A stretch of DNA of 64,000 nt. Source: the human T2T-CHM13v2.0 reference genome, Homo sapiens. This document shows positions 39,001 through 54,000 of the stretch, one piece after another. Positions within the stretch are counted from its first letter, which is position 1, and the number at the start of each line of letters is the position of its first letter. Under the pieces are notes generated by a model. That model ran no database searches and was not told the origin of the DNA. It saw only the letters and a list, made by a program, of their open reading frames with translations. The position numbers were made by a program, and so were the translations under genes. Location: the NCBI RefSeq assembly GCF_009914755.1, contig NC_060930.1. One strand, given 5' to 3'.

Positions 39001-42000
39001 GGCCTATGGTAGAAAAGGAAATATCTTTCCATAAAAGCTAGACAGAAGCAATCTCAGAAACTCCTTTGCGATGTCTGCATTCAACTCACCGAGTGGAACA
39101 TTCCTCTTGAGAGAGCAGTTTGGAAACACTCTTTCTGTAGAATCAGCTTGTTTGTATTTGGACCTCCTTGAGGCCTTCGTTGGAAACGGGTTTTCATCTT
39201 ATAAACCCAGACAGAAGAATTCTCAGAGTCTTCTTTGTGATGTGTGCTTTCAACTCACCGAGATAAAGATTTCTCTTGATAGAGCAATTTGGAAACACTC
39301 TTTTTGTAGAATTTGCAAGGGTACATTGAGAGCACTTTCAGGCCTATGGTAGAAAAGGGAATATCTTTCCATAAAAGGTAGACAGAAGCAATCTCAGAAA
39401 CTACTTTGTGATGTGTGCATTCAACTCACCGAGTGCAACGTTCCTCTTGACCGAGCAGTTTGGAAACATTGTTTCTGTAGAATCTGCAAGTGGATATTTG
39501 GACCTCTTTGAGGCCTTCGTTGGAAACGGGATTTCTTCCTATAAACCCAGACAGAAGAATTCTCAGAGACTTCTTTGTGATGTGTGAATTCAACTCACAG
39601 TGTGGATCCTTCCTTTTGATAGAGCAGTTTTGAAACCCTGTTTTTGTAGTATTTCCAAGCGGATATTCGGAACGCCTTGAAGCGTATGGTAGAAAAGGAA
39701 ATATCTTCCCATAAAACCTAGACAGAACCAATCTCAGAAACGACTTTGTGATGTCTGCATTCAAGTCACAGAGTTGAACATTTCTCTTGATAGAGCAGTT
39801 TTGAAACCCTCTTTCTGAAGGATCTGCAAGTGGATATTTGGAACTCCTTTGGGTCTTCGTTGGAAACGGGATTTCTTCGTATAAATCTAGACAGAAGAAT
39901 TCTCCGAAACTTCTTTGGTTGTGTGCATTCAAGTCACAGAGTGGAACCTTCCTTTGGATAGAGCAGTTTGAAACGCCGTGGTTGTAGTATTTCCAAGCGG
40001 ATATTAGAGCGCCTTGAGGCCTATGGTAGAAAAGGAAATATCTTCCCATAAAACCTAGACGGAAGCAATCTCAGAAACTACTGTGTGATGGCTGCATTCC
40101 ACACACACGGTGGAACATTTCTCTTGATAGAGCAGTTTTGAAACACTCTTTCTGTAGAATCTGCAAGTGGATAATTGGACCGCCTTGAGGCCTTCGTTGG
40201 AAACGGGATTTCTTCATGTTACTCTAGATAGAAGAATTCTCAAACACTGCTATGTGATGTTTGCATTCAAGTCACAGAGTGCAACATTCCTCTTGGTAGA
40301 GCAGTTGGGAAACACTCCTTTTGTAGAATCTGCAATGGGATATTTGGACTTCTTTGAGGCCTTCGTTGGAAACGGGATTTCTTCGTATGAATCTAGACAG
40401 AAGAATTCTCAGAAACTTCCTTGTGATGTGTGCATTCAACTCAGCGAGTGGCACCTTCCTTTGGATACAGCAGTTTTGAAACACTGTTTTTGTAGTATTT
40501 CCAAGCGGATATTTAGAGCGCCTTGAAGCCTATGCTAGAAATGGAAATATCTCCCCATAAAACCAAGACAGAAGCAATCTCAGAAACTAATGTGTGATGG
40601 CTGCATTCCACACACACGGTGGACCATTTCTCTTGATAGAGCAGTTTTGAAACACTCTTTCTGTAGAATCTGCAAGTGGATAATTGGACCTCCTAGAGGC
40701 CTTCGTTGGAAACGGGATTTCTTCATCTAAACCTACAGAGAAGAATTCTCAGTAACTTCTTCGGATGTGTGCATTCGACGCACAGAATGGAACATTCCCT
40801 TTGATAGAGCAGTTTTGAGACACCGTTTTTGTAGAATTCCCAAGTGGATATTTAGAGCACTTTGAAGTCTCTGCTAGAAAAGGAAACATCTTCATGTAAA
40901 AAGTAGATAGAATCGTTCTCAGAAAGTGCTTAGTGACGTGTGCGTTCAACTCACAGAGTTTAACGTTTCTTTTGATAGAGCGTTTCTGAAACACCCTTCT
41001 TGTAGTAGCTGCAAGTGGATATTTGGACCTATTGGAGGCCTTCTTTGGAAATGGGATTTCTTCATGTAACTCTAGATTGAAGAGTTCTCAGAAACTCCTT
41101 TGTGATGTGTGCATTCAATTCAAAGAGTGAAACCTCCCTTTTCACAGAGCAGTTTTGAAACACTGTTTTTGTAGGATTTCCAAGGGGATATTTATAGCGC
41201 ATTGAGCCTACGGCGGAAAAAGAAACATCTTCCTATAAAAACTAGACAGAATACTTCTCAGAATCTGCTTTGCGATGTGTGCGTTCAACTCACAGAGTAA
41301 AACTTTTCTTTTGATAGAGCAGTTTTGAAACACTCTTTTTGTAGTATTTGCATGTGTATATTTAGAGCGCATTGAAGCCCACAGTAGAAAAGGAAATAAC
41401 TTCACCTAAAACCTAGACAGAAGCAATCTCAGAAACTACTTTGTGATGTGTACATTCAACTCACAGAGTGGAACTTTCCTCTTTATAGAGCAGTGTTGAA
41501 ACACTCTTTTTGTAGAAACTGCAAGTGGATATTTGGACCTCTTTGAGGCCTTCGTTGGAAACGGGATTTCTTCCTATAACCCTAGACAGAAGAATTTTCA
41601 GAAACCTCATTGTGATGTGTGCGTTCATCTCACAGAGTGGAGTCTTCCGTTTGATAGAGAAGTTTTGAAACCCTGTTCTTGTAGGATTTCCAAGTGGATA
41701 TTTAGACCACTTTGAAGCCTATGATAGAAAAGGAAACATCTTCATGGAAAACATAGATAGAATCATCCTCAGAAACAACTTTGTGATGTGTGCGTTGAAC
41801 TCACCGTCTTTAACCTTTCTTTTGGTAGAGAAGTTTTGAAACACTCTCTTTGTAAAGTCTACAAGTGGATATTTTGAGCCCTTGGAGGCATTCTTTGGAA
41901 AAGGGAATGTCTTCACATAAAAGGCAGACGGAAGTGTTCTCAGAAACTGCTTTGTGATGTCTGTGTTCAACTCACAGAGTTTAACATTTCCTTTGATAGA

Positions 42001-45000
42001 GCGGTTTAGTAACCCTCTCTTTGTAGAATTTGGAAGTGTATACTAAGAGCGCTTTGAGGCCTATGGTAGAAAAGGAAATATCTTTCCATAAAAGCTAGAC
42101 AGAAGCAATCTCAGAAACTCCTTTGCGATGTCTGCATTCAACTCACCGAGTGGAACATTCCTCTTGAGAGAGCAGTTTGGAAACACTCTTTCTGTAGAAT
42201 CAGCTTGTTTGTATTTGGACCTCCTTGAGGCCTTCGTTGGAAACGGGTTTTCATCTTATAAACCCAGACAGAAGAATTCTCAGAGTCTTCTTTGTGATGT
42301 GTGCTTTCAACTCACCGAGATAAAGATTTCTCTTGATAGAGCAATTTGGAAACACTCTTTTTGTAGAATTTGCAAGGGTACATTGAGAGCGCTTTCAGGC
42401 CTATGGTAGAAAAGGGAATATCTTTCCATAAAAGGTAGACAGAAGCAATCTCAGAAACTACTTTGTGATGTGTGCATTCAACTCACCGAGTGCAACGTTC
42501 CTCTTGACCGAGCAGTTTGGAAACATTGTTTCTGTAGAATCTGCAAGTGGATATTTGGACCTCTTTGAGGCCTTCGTTGGAAACGGGATTTCTTCCTATA
42601 AACCCAGACAGAAGAATTCTCAGAGACTTCTTTGTGATGTGTGAATTCAACTCACAGTGTGGATCCTTCCTTTTGATAGAGCAGTTTTGAAACCCTGTTT
42701 TTGTAGTATTTCCAAGCGGATATTCGGAACGCCTTGAAGCGTATGGTAGAAAAGGAAATATCTTCCCATAAAACCTAGACAGAACCAATCTCAGAAACGA
42801 CTTTGTGATGTCTGCATTCAAGTCACAGAGTTGAACATTTCTCTTGATAGAGCAGTTTTGAAACCCTCTTTCTGAAGGATCTGCAAGTGGATATTTGGAA
42901 CTCCTTTGGGTCTTCGTTGGAAACGGGATTTCTTCGTATAAATCTAGACAGAAGAATTCTCCGAAACTTCTTTGGTTGTGTGCATTCAAGTCACAGAGTG
43001 GAACCTTCCTTTGGATAGAGCAGTTTGAAACGCCGTGGTTGTAGTATTTCCAAGCGGATATTAGAGCGCCTTGAGGCCTATGGTAGAAAAGGAAATATCT
43101 TCCCATAAAACCTAGACGGAAGCAATCTCAGAAACTACTGTGTGATGGCTGCATTCCACACACACGGTGGAACATTTCTCTTGATAGAGCAGTTTTGAAA
43201 CACTCTTTCTGTAGAATCTGCAAGTGGATAATTGGACCGCCTTGAGGCCTTCGTTGGAAACGGGATTTCTTCATGTTACTCTAGATAGAAGAATTCTCAA
43301 ACACTGCTATGTGATGTTTGCATTCAAGTCACAGAGTGCAACATTCCTCTTGGTAGAGCAGTTGGGAAACACTCCTTTTGTAGAATCTGCAATGGGATAT
43401 TTGGACTTCTTTGAGGCCTTCGTTGGAAACGGGATTTCTTCGTATGAATCTAGACAGAAGAATTCTCAGAAACTTCCTTGTGATGTGTGCATTCAACTCA
43501 GCGAGTGGCACCTTCCTTTGGATACAGCAGTTTTGAAACACTGTTTTTGTAGTATTTCCAAGCGGATATTTAGAGCGCCTTGAAGCCTATGCTAGAAATG
43601 GAAATATCTCCCCATAAAACCAAGACAGAAGCAATCTCAGAAACTAATGTGTGATGGCTGCATTCCACACACACGGTGGACCATTTCTCTTGATAGAGCA
43701 GTTTTGAAACACTCTTTCTGTAGAATCTGCAAGTGGATAATTGGACCTCCTAGAGGCCTTCGTTGGAAACGGGATTTCTTCATCTAAACCTACAGAGAAG
43801 AATTCTCAGTAACTTCTTCGGATGTGTGCATTCGACGCACAGAATGGAACATTCCCTTTGATAGAGCAGTTTTGAGACACCGTTTTTGTAGAATTCCCAA
43901 GTGGATATTTAGAGCACTTTGAAGTCTCTGCTAGAAAAGGAAACATCTTCATGTAAAAAGTAGATAGAATCGTTCTCAGAAAGTGCTTAGTGACGTGTGC
44001 GTTCAACTCACAGAGTTTAACGTTTCTTTTGATAGAGCGTTTCTGAAACACCCTTCTTGTAGTAGCTGCAAGTGGATATTTGGACCTATTGGAGGCCTTC
44101 TTTGGAAATGGGATTTCTTCATGTAACTCTAGATTGAAGAGTTCTCAGAAACTCCTTTGTGATGTGTGCATTCAATTCAAAGAGTGAAACCTCCCTTTTC
44201 ACAGAGCAGTTTTGAAACACTGTTTTTGTAGGATTTCCAAGGGGATATTTATAGCGCATTGAGCCTACGGCGGAAAAAGAAACATCTTCCTATAAAAACT
44301 AGACAGAATACTTCTCAGAATCTGCTTTGCGATGTGTGCGTTCAACTCACAGAGTAAAACTTTTCTTTTGATAGAGCAGTTTTGAAACACTCTTTTTGTA
44401 GTATTTGCATGTGTATATTTAGAGCGCATTGAAGCCCACAGTAGAAAAGGAAATAACTTCACCTAAAACCTAGACAGAAGCAATCTCAGAAACTACTTTG
44501 TGATGTGTACATTCAACTCACAGAGTGGAACTTTCCTCTTTATAGAGCAGTGTTGAAACACTCTTTTTGTAGAAACTGCAAGTGGATATTTGGACCTCTT
44601 TGAGGCCTTCGTTGGAAACGGGATTTCTTCCTATAACCCTAGACAGAAGAATTTTCAGAAACCTCATTGTGATGTGTGCGTTCATCTCACAGAGTGGAGT
44701 CTTCCGTTTGATAGAGAAGTTTTGAAACCCTGTTCTTGTAGGATTTCCAAGTGGATATTTAGACCACTTTGAAGCCTATGATAGAAAAGGAAACATCTTC
44801 ATGGAAAACATAGATAGAATCATCCTCAGAAACAACTTTGTGATGTGTGCGTTGAACTCACCGTCTTTAACCTTTCTTTTGGTAGAGAAGTTTTGAAACA
44901 CTCTCTTTGTAAAGTCTACAAGTGGATATTTTGAGCCCTTGGAGGCATTCTTTGGAAAAGGGAATGTCTTCACATAAAAGGCAGACGGAAGTGTTCTCAG

Positions 45001-48000
45001 AAACTGCTTTGTGATGTCTGTGTTCAACTCACAGAGTTTAACATTTCCTTTGATAGAGCGGTTTAGTAACCCTCTCTTTGTAGAATTTGGAAGTGTATAC
45101 TAAGAGCGCTTTGAGGCCTATGGTAGAAAAGGAAATATCTTTCCATAAAAGCTAGACAGAAGCAATCTCAGAAACTCCTTTGCGATGTCTGCATTCAACT
45201 CACCGAGTGGAACATTCCTCTTGAGAGAGCAGTTTGGAAACACTCTTTCTGTAGAATCAGCTTGTTTGTATTTGGACCTCCTTGAGGCCTTCGTTGGAAA
45301 CGGGTTTTCATCTTATAAACCCAGACAGAAGAATTCTCAGAGTCTTCTTTGTGATGTGTGCTTTCAACTCACCGAGATAAAGATTTCTCTTGATAGAGCA
45401 ATTTGGAAACACTCTTTTTGTAGAATTTGCAAGGGTACATTGAGAGCGCTTTCAGGCCTATGGTAGAAAAGGGAATATCTTTCCATAAAAGGTAGACAGA
45501 AGCAATCTCAGAAACTACTTTGTGATGTGTGCATTCAACTCACCGAGTGCAACGTTCCTCTTGACCGAGCAGTTTGGAAACATTGTTTCTGTAGAATCTG
45601 CAAGTGGATATTTGGACCTCTTTGAGGCCTTCGTTGGAAACGGGATTTCTTCCTATAAACCCAGACAGAAGAATTCTCAGAGACTTCTTTGTGATGTGTG
45701 AATTCAACTCACAGTGTGGATCCTTCCTTTTGATAGAGCAGTTTTGAAACCCTGTTTTTGTAGTATTTCCAAGCGGATATTCGGAACGCCTTGAAGCGTA
45801 TGGTAGAAAAGGAAATATCTTCCCATAAAACCTAGACAGAACCAATCTCAGAAACGACTTTGTGATGTCTGCATTCAAGTCACAGAGTTGAACATTTCTC
45901 TTGATAGAGCAGTTTTGAAACCCTCTTTCTGAAGGATCTGCAAGTGGATATTTGGAACTCCTTTGGGTCTTCGTTGGAAACGGGATTTCTTCGTATAAAT
46001 CTAGACAGAAGAATTCTCCGAAACTTCTTTGGTTGTGTGCATTCAAGTCACAGAGTGGAACCTTCCTTTGGATAGAGCAGTTTGAAACGCCGTGGTTGTA
46101 GTATTTCCAAGCGGATATTAGAGCGCCTTGAGGCCTATGGTAGAAAAGGAAATATCTTCCCATAAAACCTAGACGGAAGCAATCTCAGAAACTACTGTGT
46201 GATGGCTGCATTCCACACACACGGTGGAACATTTCTCTTGATAGAGCAGTTTTGAAACACTCTTTCTGTAGAATCTGCAAGTGGATAATTGGACCGCCTT
46301 GAGGCCTTCGTTGGAAACGGGATTTCTTCATGTTACTCTAGATAGAAGAATTCTCAAACACTGCTATGTGATGTTTGCATTCAAGTCACAGAGTGCAACA
46401 TTCCTCTTGGTAGAGCAGTTGGGAAACACTCCTTTTGTAGAATCTGCAATGGGATATTTGGACTTCTTTGAGGCCTTCGTTGGAAACGGGATTTCTTCGT
46501 ATGAATCTAGACAGAAGAATTCTCAGAAACTTCCTTGTGATGTGTGCATTCAACTCAGCGAGTGGCACCTTCCTTTGGATACAGCAGTTTTGAAACACTG
46601 TTTTTGTAGTATTTCCAAGCGGATATTTAGAGCGCCTTGAAGCCTATGCTAGAAATGGAAATATCTCCCCATAAAACCAAGACAGAAGCAATCTCAGAAA
46701 CTAATGTGTGATGGCTGCATTCCACACACACGGTGGACCATTTCTCTTGATAGAGCAGTTTTGAAACACTCTTTCTGTAGAATCTGCAAGTGGATAATTG
46801 GACCTCCTAGAGGCCTTCGTTGGAAACGGGATTTCTTCATCTAAACCTACAGAGAAGAATTCTCAGTAACTTCTTCGGATGTGTGCATTCGACGCACAGA
46901 ATGGAACATTCCCTTTGATAGAGCAGTTTTGAGACACCGTTTTTGTAGAATTCCCAAGTGGATATTTAGAGCACTTTGAAGTCTCTGCTAGAAAAGGAAA
47001 CATCTTCATGTAAAAAGTAGATAGAATCGTTCTCAGAAAGTGCTTAGTGACGTGTGCGTTCAACTCACAGAGTTTAACGTTTCTTTTGATAGAGCGTTTC
47101 TGAAACACCCTTCTTGTAGTAGCTGCAAGTGGATATTTGGACCTATTGGAGGCCTTCTTTGGAAATGGGATTTCTTCATGTAACTCTAGATTGAAGAGTT
47201 CTCAGAAACTCCTTTGTGATGTGTGCATTCAATTCAAAGAGTGAAACCTCCCTTTTCACAGAGCAGTTTTGAAACACTGTTTTTGTAGGATTTCCAAGGG
47301 GATATTTATAGCGCATTGAGCCTACGGCGGAAAAAGAAACATCTTCCTATAAAAACTAGACAGAATACTTCTCAGAATCTGCTTTGCGATGTGTGCGTTC
47401 AACTCACAGAGTAAAACTTTTCTTTTGATAGAGCAGTTTTGAAACACTCTTTTTGTAGTATTTGCATGTGTATATTTAGAGCGCATTGAAGCCCACAGTA
47501 GAAAAGGAAATAACTTCACCTAAAACCTAGACAGAAGCAATCTCAGAAACTACTTTGTGATGTGTACATTCAACTCACAGAGTGGAACTTTCCTCTTTAT
47601 AGAGCAGTGTTGAAACACTCTTTTTGTAGAAACTGCAAGTGGATATTTGGACCTCTTTGAGGCCTTCGTTGGAAACGGGATTTCTTCCTATAACCCTAGA
47701 CAGAAGAATTTTCAGAAACCTCATTGTGATGTGTGCGTTCATCTCACAGAGTGGAGTCTTCCGTTTGATAGAGAAGTTTTGAAACCCTGTTCTTGTAGGA
47801 TTTCCAAGTGGATATTTAGACCACTTTGAAGCCTATGATAGAAAAGGAAACATCTTCATGGAAAACATAGATAGAATCATCCTCAGAAACAACTTTGTGA
47901 TGTGTGCGTTGAACTCACCGTCTTTAACCTTTCTTTTGGTAGAGAAGTTTTGAAACACTCTCTTTGTAAAGTCTACAAGTGGATATTTTGAGCCCTTGGA

Positions 48001-51000
48001 GGCATTCTTTGGAAAAGGGAATGTCTTCACATAAAAGGCAGACGGAAGTGTTCTCAGAAACTGCTTTGTGATGTCTGTGTTCAACTCACAGAGTTTAACA
48101 TTTCCTTTGATAGAGCGGTTTAGTAACCCTCTCTTTGTAGAATTTGGAAGTGTATACTAAGAGCGCTTTGAGGCCTATGGTAGAAAAGGAAATATCTTTC
48201 CATAAAAGCTAGACAGAAGCAATCTCAGAAACTCCTTTGCGATGTCTGCATTCAACTCACCGAGTGGAACATTCCTCTTGAGAGAGCAGTTTGGAAACAC
48301 TCTTTCTGTAGAATCAGCTTGTTTGTATTTGGACCTCCTTGAGGCCTTCGTTGGAAACGGGTTTTCATCTTATAAACCCAGACAGAAGAATTCTCAGAGT
48401 CTTCTTTGTGATGTGTGCTTTCAACTCACCGAGATAAAGATTTCTCTTGATAGAGCAATTTGGAAACACTCTTTTTGTAGAATTTGCAAGGGTACATTGA
48501 GAGCGCTTTCAGGCCTATGGTAGAAAAGGGAATATCTTTCCATAAAAGGTAGACAGAAGCAATCTCAGAAACTACTTTGTGATGTGTGCATTCAACTCAC
48601 CGAGTGCAACGTTCCTCTTGACCGAGCAGTTTGGAAACATTGTTTCTGTAGAATCTGCAAGTGGATATTTGGACCTCTTTGAGGCCTTCGTTGGAAACGG
48701 GATTTCTTCCTATAAACCCAGACAGAAGAATTCTCAGAGACTTCTTTGTGATGTGTGAATTCAACTCACAGTGTGGATCCTTCCTTTTGATAGAGCAGTT
48801 TTGAAACCCTGTTTTTGTAGTATTTCCAAGCGGATATTCGGAACGCCTTGAAGCGTATGGTAGAAAAGGAAATATCTTCCCATAAAACCTAGACAGAACC
48901 AATCTCAGAAACGACTTTGTGATGTCTGCATTCAAGTCACAGAGTTGAACATTTCTCTTGATAGAGCAGTTTTGAAACCCTCTTTCTGAAGGATCTGCAA
49001 GTGGATATTTGGAACTCCTTTGGGTCTTCGTTGGAAACGGGATTTCTTCGTATAAATCTAGACAGAAGAATTCTCCGAAACTTCTTTGGTTGTGTGCATT
49101 CAAGTCACAGAGTGGAACCTTCCTTTGGATAGAGCAGTTTGAAACGCCGTGGTTGTAGTATTTCCAAGCGGATATTAGAGCGCCTTGAGGCCTATGGTAG
49201 AAAAGGAAATATCTTCCCATAAAACCTAGACGGAAGCAATCTCAGAAACTACTGTGTGATGGCTGCATTCCACACACACGGTGGAACATTTCTCTTGATA
49301 GAGCAGTTTTGAAACACTCTTTCTGTAGAATCTGCAAGTGGATAATTGGACCGCCTTGAGGCCTTCGTTGGAAACGGGATTTCTTCATGTTACTCTAGAT
49401 AGAAGAATTCTCAAACACTGCTATGTGATGTTTGCATTCAAGTCACAGAGTGCAACATTCCTCTTGGTAGAGCAGTTGGGAAACACTCCTTTTGTAGAAT
49501 CTGCAATGGGATATTTGGACTTCTTTGAGGCCTTCGTTGGAAACGGGATTTCTTCGTATGAATCTAGACAGAAGAATTCTCAGAAACTTCCTTGTGATGT
49601 GTGCATTCAACTCAGCGAGTGGCACCTTCCTTTGGATACAGCAGTTTTGAAACACTGTTTTTGTAGTATTTCCAAGCGGATATTTAGAGCGCCTTGAAGC
49701 CTATGCTAGAAATGGAAATATCTCCCCATAAAACCAAGACAGAAGCAATCTCAGAAACTAATGTGTGATGGCTGCATTCCACACACACGGTGGACCATTT
49801 CTCTTGATAGAGCAGTTTTGAAACACTCTTTCTGTAGAATCTGCAAGTGGATAATTGGACCTCCTAGAGGCCTTCGTTGGAAACGGGATTTCTTCATCTA
49901 AACCTACAGAGAAGAATTCTCAGTAACTTCTTCGGATGTGTGCATTCGACGCACAGAATGGAACATTCCCTTTGATAGAGCAGTTTTGAGACACCGTTTT
50001 TGTAGAATTCCCAAGTGGATATTTAGAGCACTTTGAAGTCTCTGCTAGAAAAGGAAACATCTTCATGTAAAAAGTAGATAGAATCGTTCTCAGAAAGTGC
50101 TTAGTGACGTGTGCGTTCAACTCACAGAGTTTAACGTTTCTTTTGATAGAGCGTTTCTGAAACACCCTTCTTGTAGTAGCTGCAAGTGGATATTTGGACC
50201 TATTGGAGGCCTTCTTTGGAAATGGGATTTCTTCATGTAACTCTAGATTGAAGAGTTCTCAGAAACTCCTTTGTGATGTGTGCATTCAATTCAAAGAGTG
50301 AAACCTCCCTTTTCACAGAGCAGTTTTGAAACACTGTTTTTGTAGGATTTCCAAGGGGATATTTATAGCGCATTGAGCCTACGGCGGAAAAAGAAACATC
50401 TTCCTATAAAAACTAGACAGAATACTTCTCAGAATCTGCTTTGCGATGTGTGCGTTCAACTCACAGAGTAAAACTTTTCTTTTGATAGAGCAGTTTTGAA
50501 ACACTCTTTTTGTAGTATTTGCATGTGTATATTTAGAGCGCATTGAAGCCCACAGTAGAAAAGGAAATAACTTCACCTAAAACCTAGACAGAAGCAATCT
50601 CAGAAACTACTTTGTGATGTGTACATTCAACTCACAGAGTGGAACTTTCCTCTTTATAGAGCAGTGTTGAAACACTCTTTTTGTAGAAACTGCAAGTGGA
50701 TATTTGGACCTCTTTGAGGCCTTCGTTGGAAACGGGATTTCTTCCTATAACCCTAGACAGAAGAATTTTCAGAAACCTCATTGTGATGTGTGCGTTCATC
50801 TCACAGAGTGGAGTCTTCCGTTTGATAGAGAAGTTTTGAAACCCTGTTCTTGTAGGATTTCCAAGTGGATATTTAGACCACTTTGAAGCCTATGATAGAA
50901 AAGGAAACATCTTCATGGAAAACATAGATAGAATCATCCTCAGAAACAACTTTGTGATGTGTGCGTTGAACTCACCGTCTTTAACCTTTCTTTTGGTAGA

Positions 51001-54000
51001 GAAGTTTTGAAACACTCTCTTTGTAAAGTCTACAAGTGGATATTTTGAGCCCTTGGAGGCATTCTTTGGAAAAGGGAATGTCTTCACATAAAAGGCAGAC
51101 GGAAGTGTTCTCAGAAACTGCTTTGTGATGTCTGTGTTCAACTCACAGAGTTTAACATTTCCTTTGATAGAGCGGTTTAGTAACCCTCTCTTTGTAGAAT
51201 TTGGAAGTGTATACTAAGAGCGCTTTGAGGCCTATGGTAGAAAAGGAAATATCTTTCCATAAAAGCTAGACAGAAGCAATCTCAGAAACTCCTTTGCGAT
51301 GTCTGCATTCAACTCACCGAGTGGAACATTCCTCTTGAGAGAGCAGTTTGGAAACACTCTTTCTGTAGAATCAGCTTGTTTGTATTTGGACCTCCTTGAG
51401 GCCTTCGTTGGAAACGGGTTTTCATCTTATAAACCCAGACAGAAGAATTCTCAGAGTCTTCTTTGTGATGTGTGCTTTCAACTCACCGAGATAAAGATTT
51501 CTCTTGATAGAGCAATTTGGAAACACTCTTTTTGTAGAATTTGCAAGGGTACATTGAGAGCGCTTTCAGGCCTATGGTAGAAAAGGGAATATCTTTCCAT
51601 AAAAGGTAGACAGAAGCAATCTCAGAAACTACTTTGTGATGTGTGCATTCAACTCACCGAGTGCAACGTTCCTCTTGACCGAGCAGTTTGGAAACATTGT
51701 TTCTGTAGAATCTGCAAGTGGATATTTGGACCTCTTTGAGGCCTTCGTTGGAAACGGGATTTCTTCCTATAAACCCAGACAGAAGAATTCTCAGAGACTT
51801 CTTTGTGATGTGTGAATTCAACTCACAGTGTGGATCCTTCCTTTTGATAGAGCAGTTTTGAAACCCTGTTTTTGTAGTATTTCCAAGCGGATATTCGGAA
51901 CGCCTTGAAGCGTATGGTAGAAAAGGAAATATCTTCCCATAAAACCTAGACAGAACCAATCTCAGAAACGACTTTGTGATGTCTGCATTCAAGTCACAGA
52001 GTTGAACATTTCTCTTGATAGAGCAGTTTTGAAACCCTCTTTCTGAAGGATCTGCAAGTGGATATTTGGAACTCCTTTGGGTCTTCGTTGGAAACGGGAT
52101 TTCTTCGTATAAATCTAGACAGAAGAATTCTCCGAAACTTCTTTGGTTGTGTGCATTCAAGTCACAGAGTGGAACCTTCCTTTGGATAGAGCAGTTTGAA
52201 ACGCCGTGGTTGTAGTATTTCCAAGCGGATATTAGAGCGCCTTGAGGCCTATGGTAGAAAAGGAAATATCTTCCCATAAAACCTAGACGGAAGCAATCTC
52301 AGAAACTACTGTGTGATGGCTGCATTCCACACACACGGTGGAACATTTCTCTTGATAGAGCAGTTTTGAAACACTCTTTCTGTAGAATCTGCAAGTGGAT
52401 AATTGGACCGCCTTGAGGCCTTCGTTGGAAACGGGATTTCTTCATGTTACTCTAGATAGAAGAATTCTCAAACACTGCTATGTGATGTTTGCATTCAAGT
52501 CACAGAGTGCAACATTCCTCTTGGTAGAGCAGTTGGGAAACACTCCTTTTGTAGAATCTGCAATGGGATATTTGGACTTCTTTGAGGCCTTCGTTGGAAA
52601 CGGGATTTCTTCGTATGAATCTAGACAGAAGAATTCTCAGAAACTTCCTTGTGATGTGTGCATTCAACTCAGCGAGTGGCACCTTCCTTTGGATACAGCA
52701 GTTTTGAAACACTGTTTTTGTAGTATTTCCAAGCGGATATTTAGAGCGCCTTGAAGCCTATGCTAGAAATGGAAATATCTCCCCATAAAACCAAGACAGA
52801 AGCAATCTCAGAAACTAATGTGTGATGGCTGCATTCCACACACACGGTGGACCATTTCTCTTGATAGAGCAGTTTTGAAACACTCTTTCTGTAGAATCTG
52901 CAAGTGGATAATTGGACCTCCTAGAGGCCTTCGTTGGAAACGGGATTTCTTCATCTAAACCTACAGAGAAGAATTCTCAGTAACTTCTTCGGATGTGTGC
53001 ATTCGACGCACAGAATGGAACATTCCCTTTGATAGAGCAGTTTTGAGACACCGTTTTTGTAGAATTCCCAAGTGGATATTTAGAGCACTTTGAAGTCTCT
53101 GCTAGAAAAGGAAACATCTTCATGTAAAAAGTAGATAGAATCGTTCTCAGAAAGTGCTTAGTGACGTGTGCGTTCAACTCACAGAGTTTAACGTTTCTTT
53201 TGATAGAGCGTTTCTGAAACACCCTTCTTGTAGTAGCTGCAAGTGGATATTTGGACCTATTGGAGGCCTTCTTTGGAAATGGGATTTCTTCATGTAACTC
53301 TAGATTGAAGAGTTCTCAGAAACTCCTTTGTGATGTGTGCATTCAATTCAAAGAGTGAAACCTCCCTTTTCACAGAGCAGTTTTGAAACACTGTTTTTGT
53401 AGGATTTCCAAGGGGATATTTATAGCGCATTGAGCCTACGGCGGAAAAAGAAACATCTTCCTATAAAAACTAGACAGAATACTTCTCAGAATCTGCTTTG
53501 CGATGTGTGCGTTCAACTCACAGAGTAAAACTTTTCTTTTGATAGAGCAGTTTTGAAACACTCTTTTTGTAGTATTTGCATGTGTATATTTAGAGCGCAT
53601 TGAAGCCCACAGTAGAAAAGGAAATAACTTCACCTAAAACCTAGACAGAAGCAATCTCAGAAACTACTTTGTGATGTGTACATTCAACTCACAGAGTGGA
53701 ACTTTCCTCTTTATAGAGCAGTGTTGAAACACTCTTTTTGTAGAAACTGCAAGTGGATATTTGGACCTCTTTGAGGCCTTCGTTGGAAACGGGATTTCTT
53801 CCTATAACCCTAGACAGAAGAATTTTCAGAAACCTCATTGTGATGTGTGCGTTCATCTCACAGAGTGGAGTCTTCCGTTTGATAGAGAAGTTTTGAAACC
53901 CTGTTCTTGTAGGATTTCCAAGTGGATATTTAGACCACTTTGAAGCCTATGATAGAAAAGGAAACATCTTCATGGAAAACATAGATAGAATCATCCTCAG

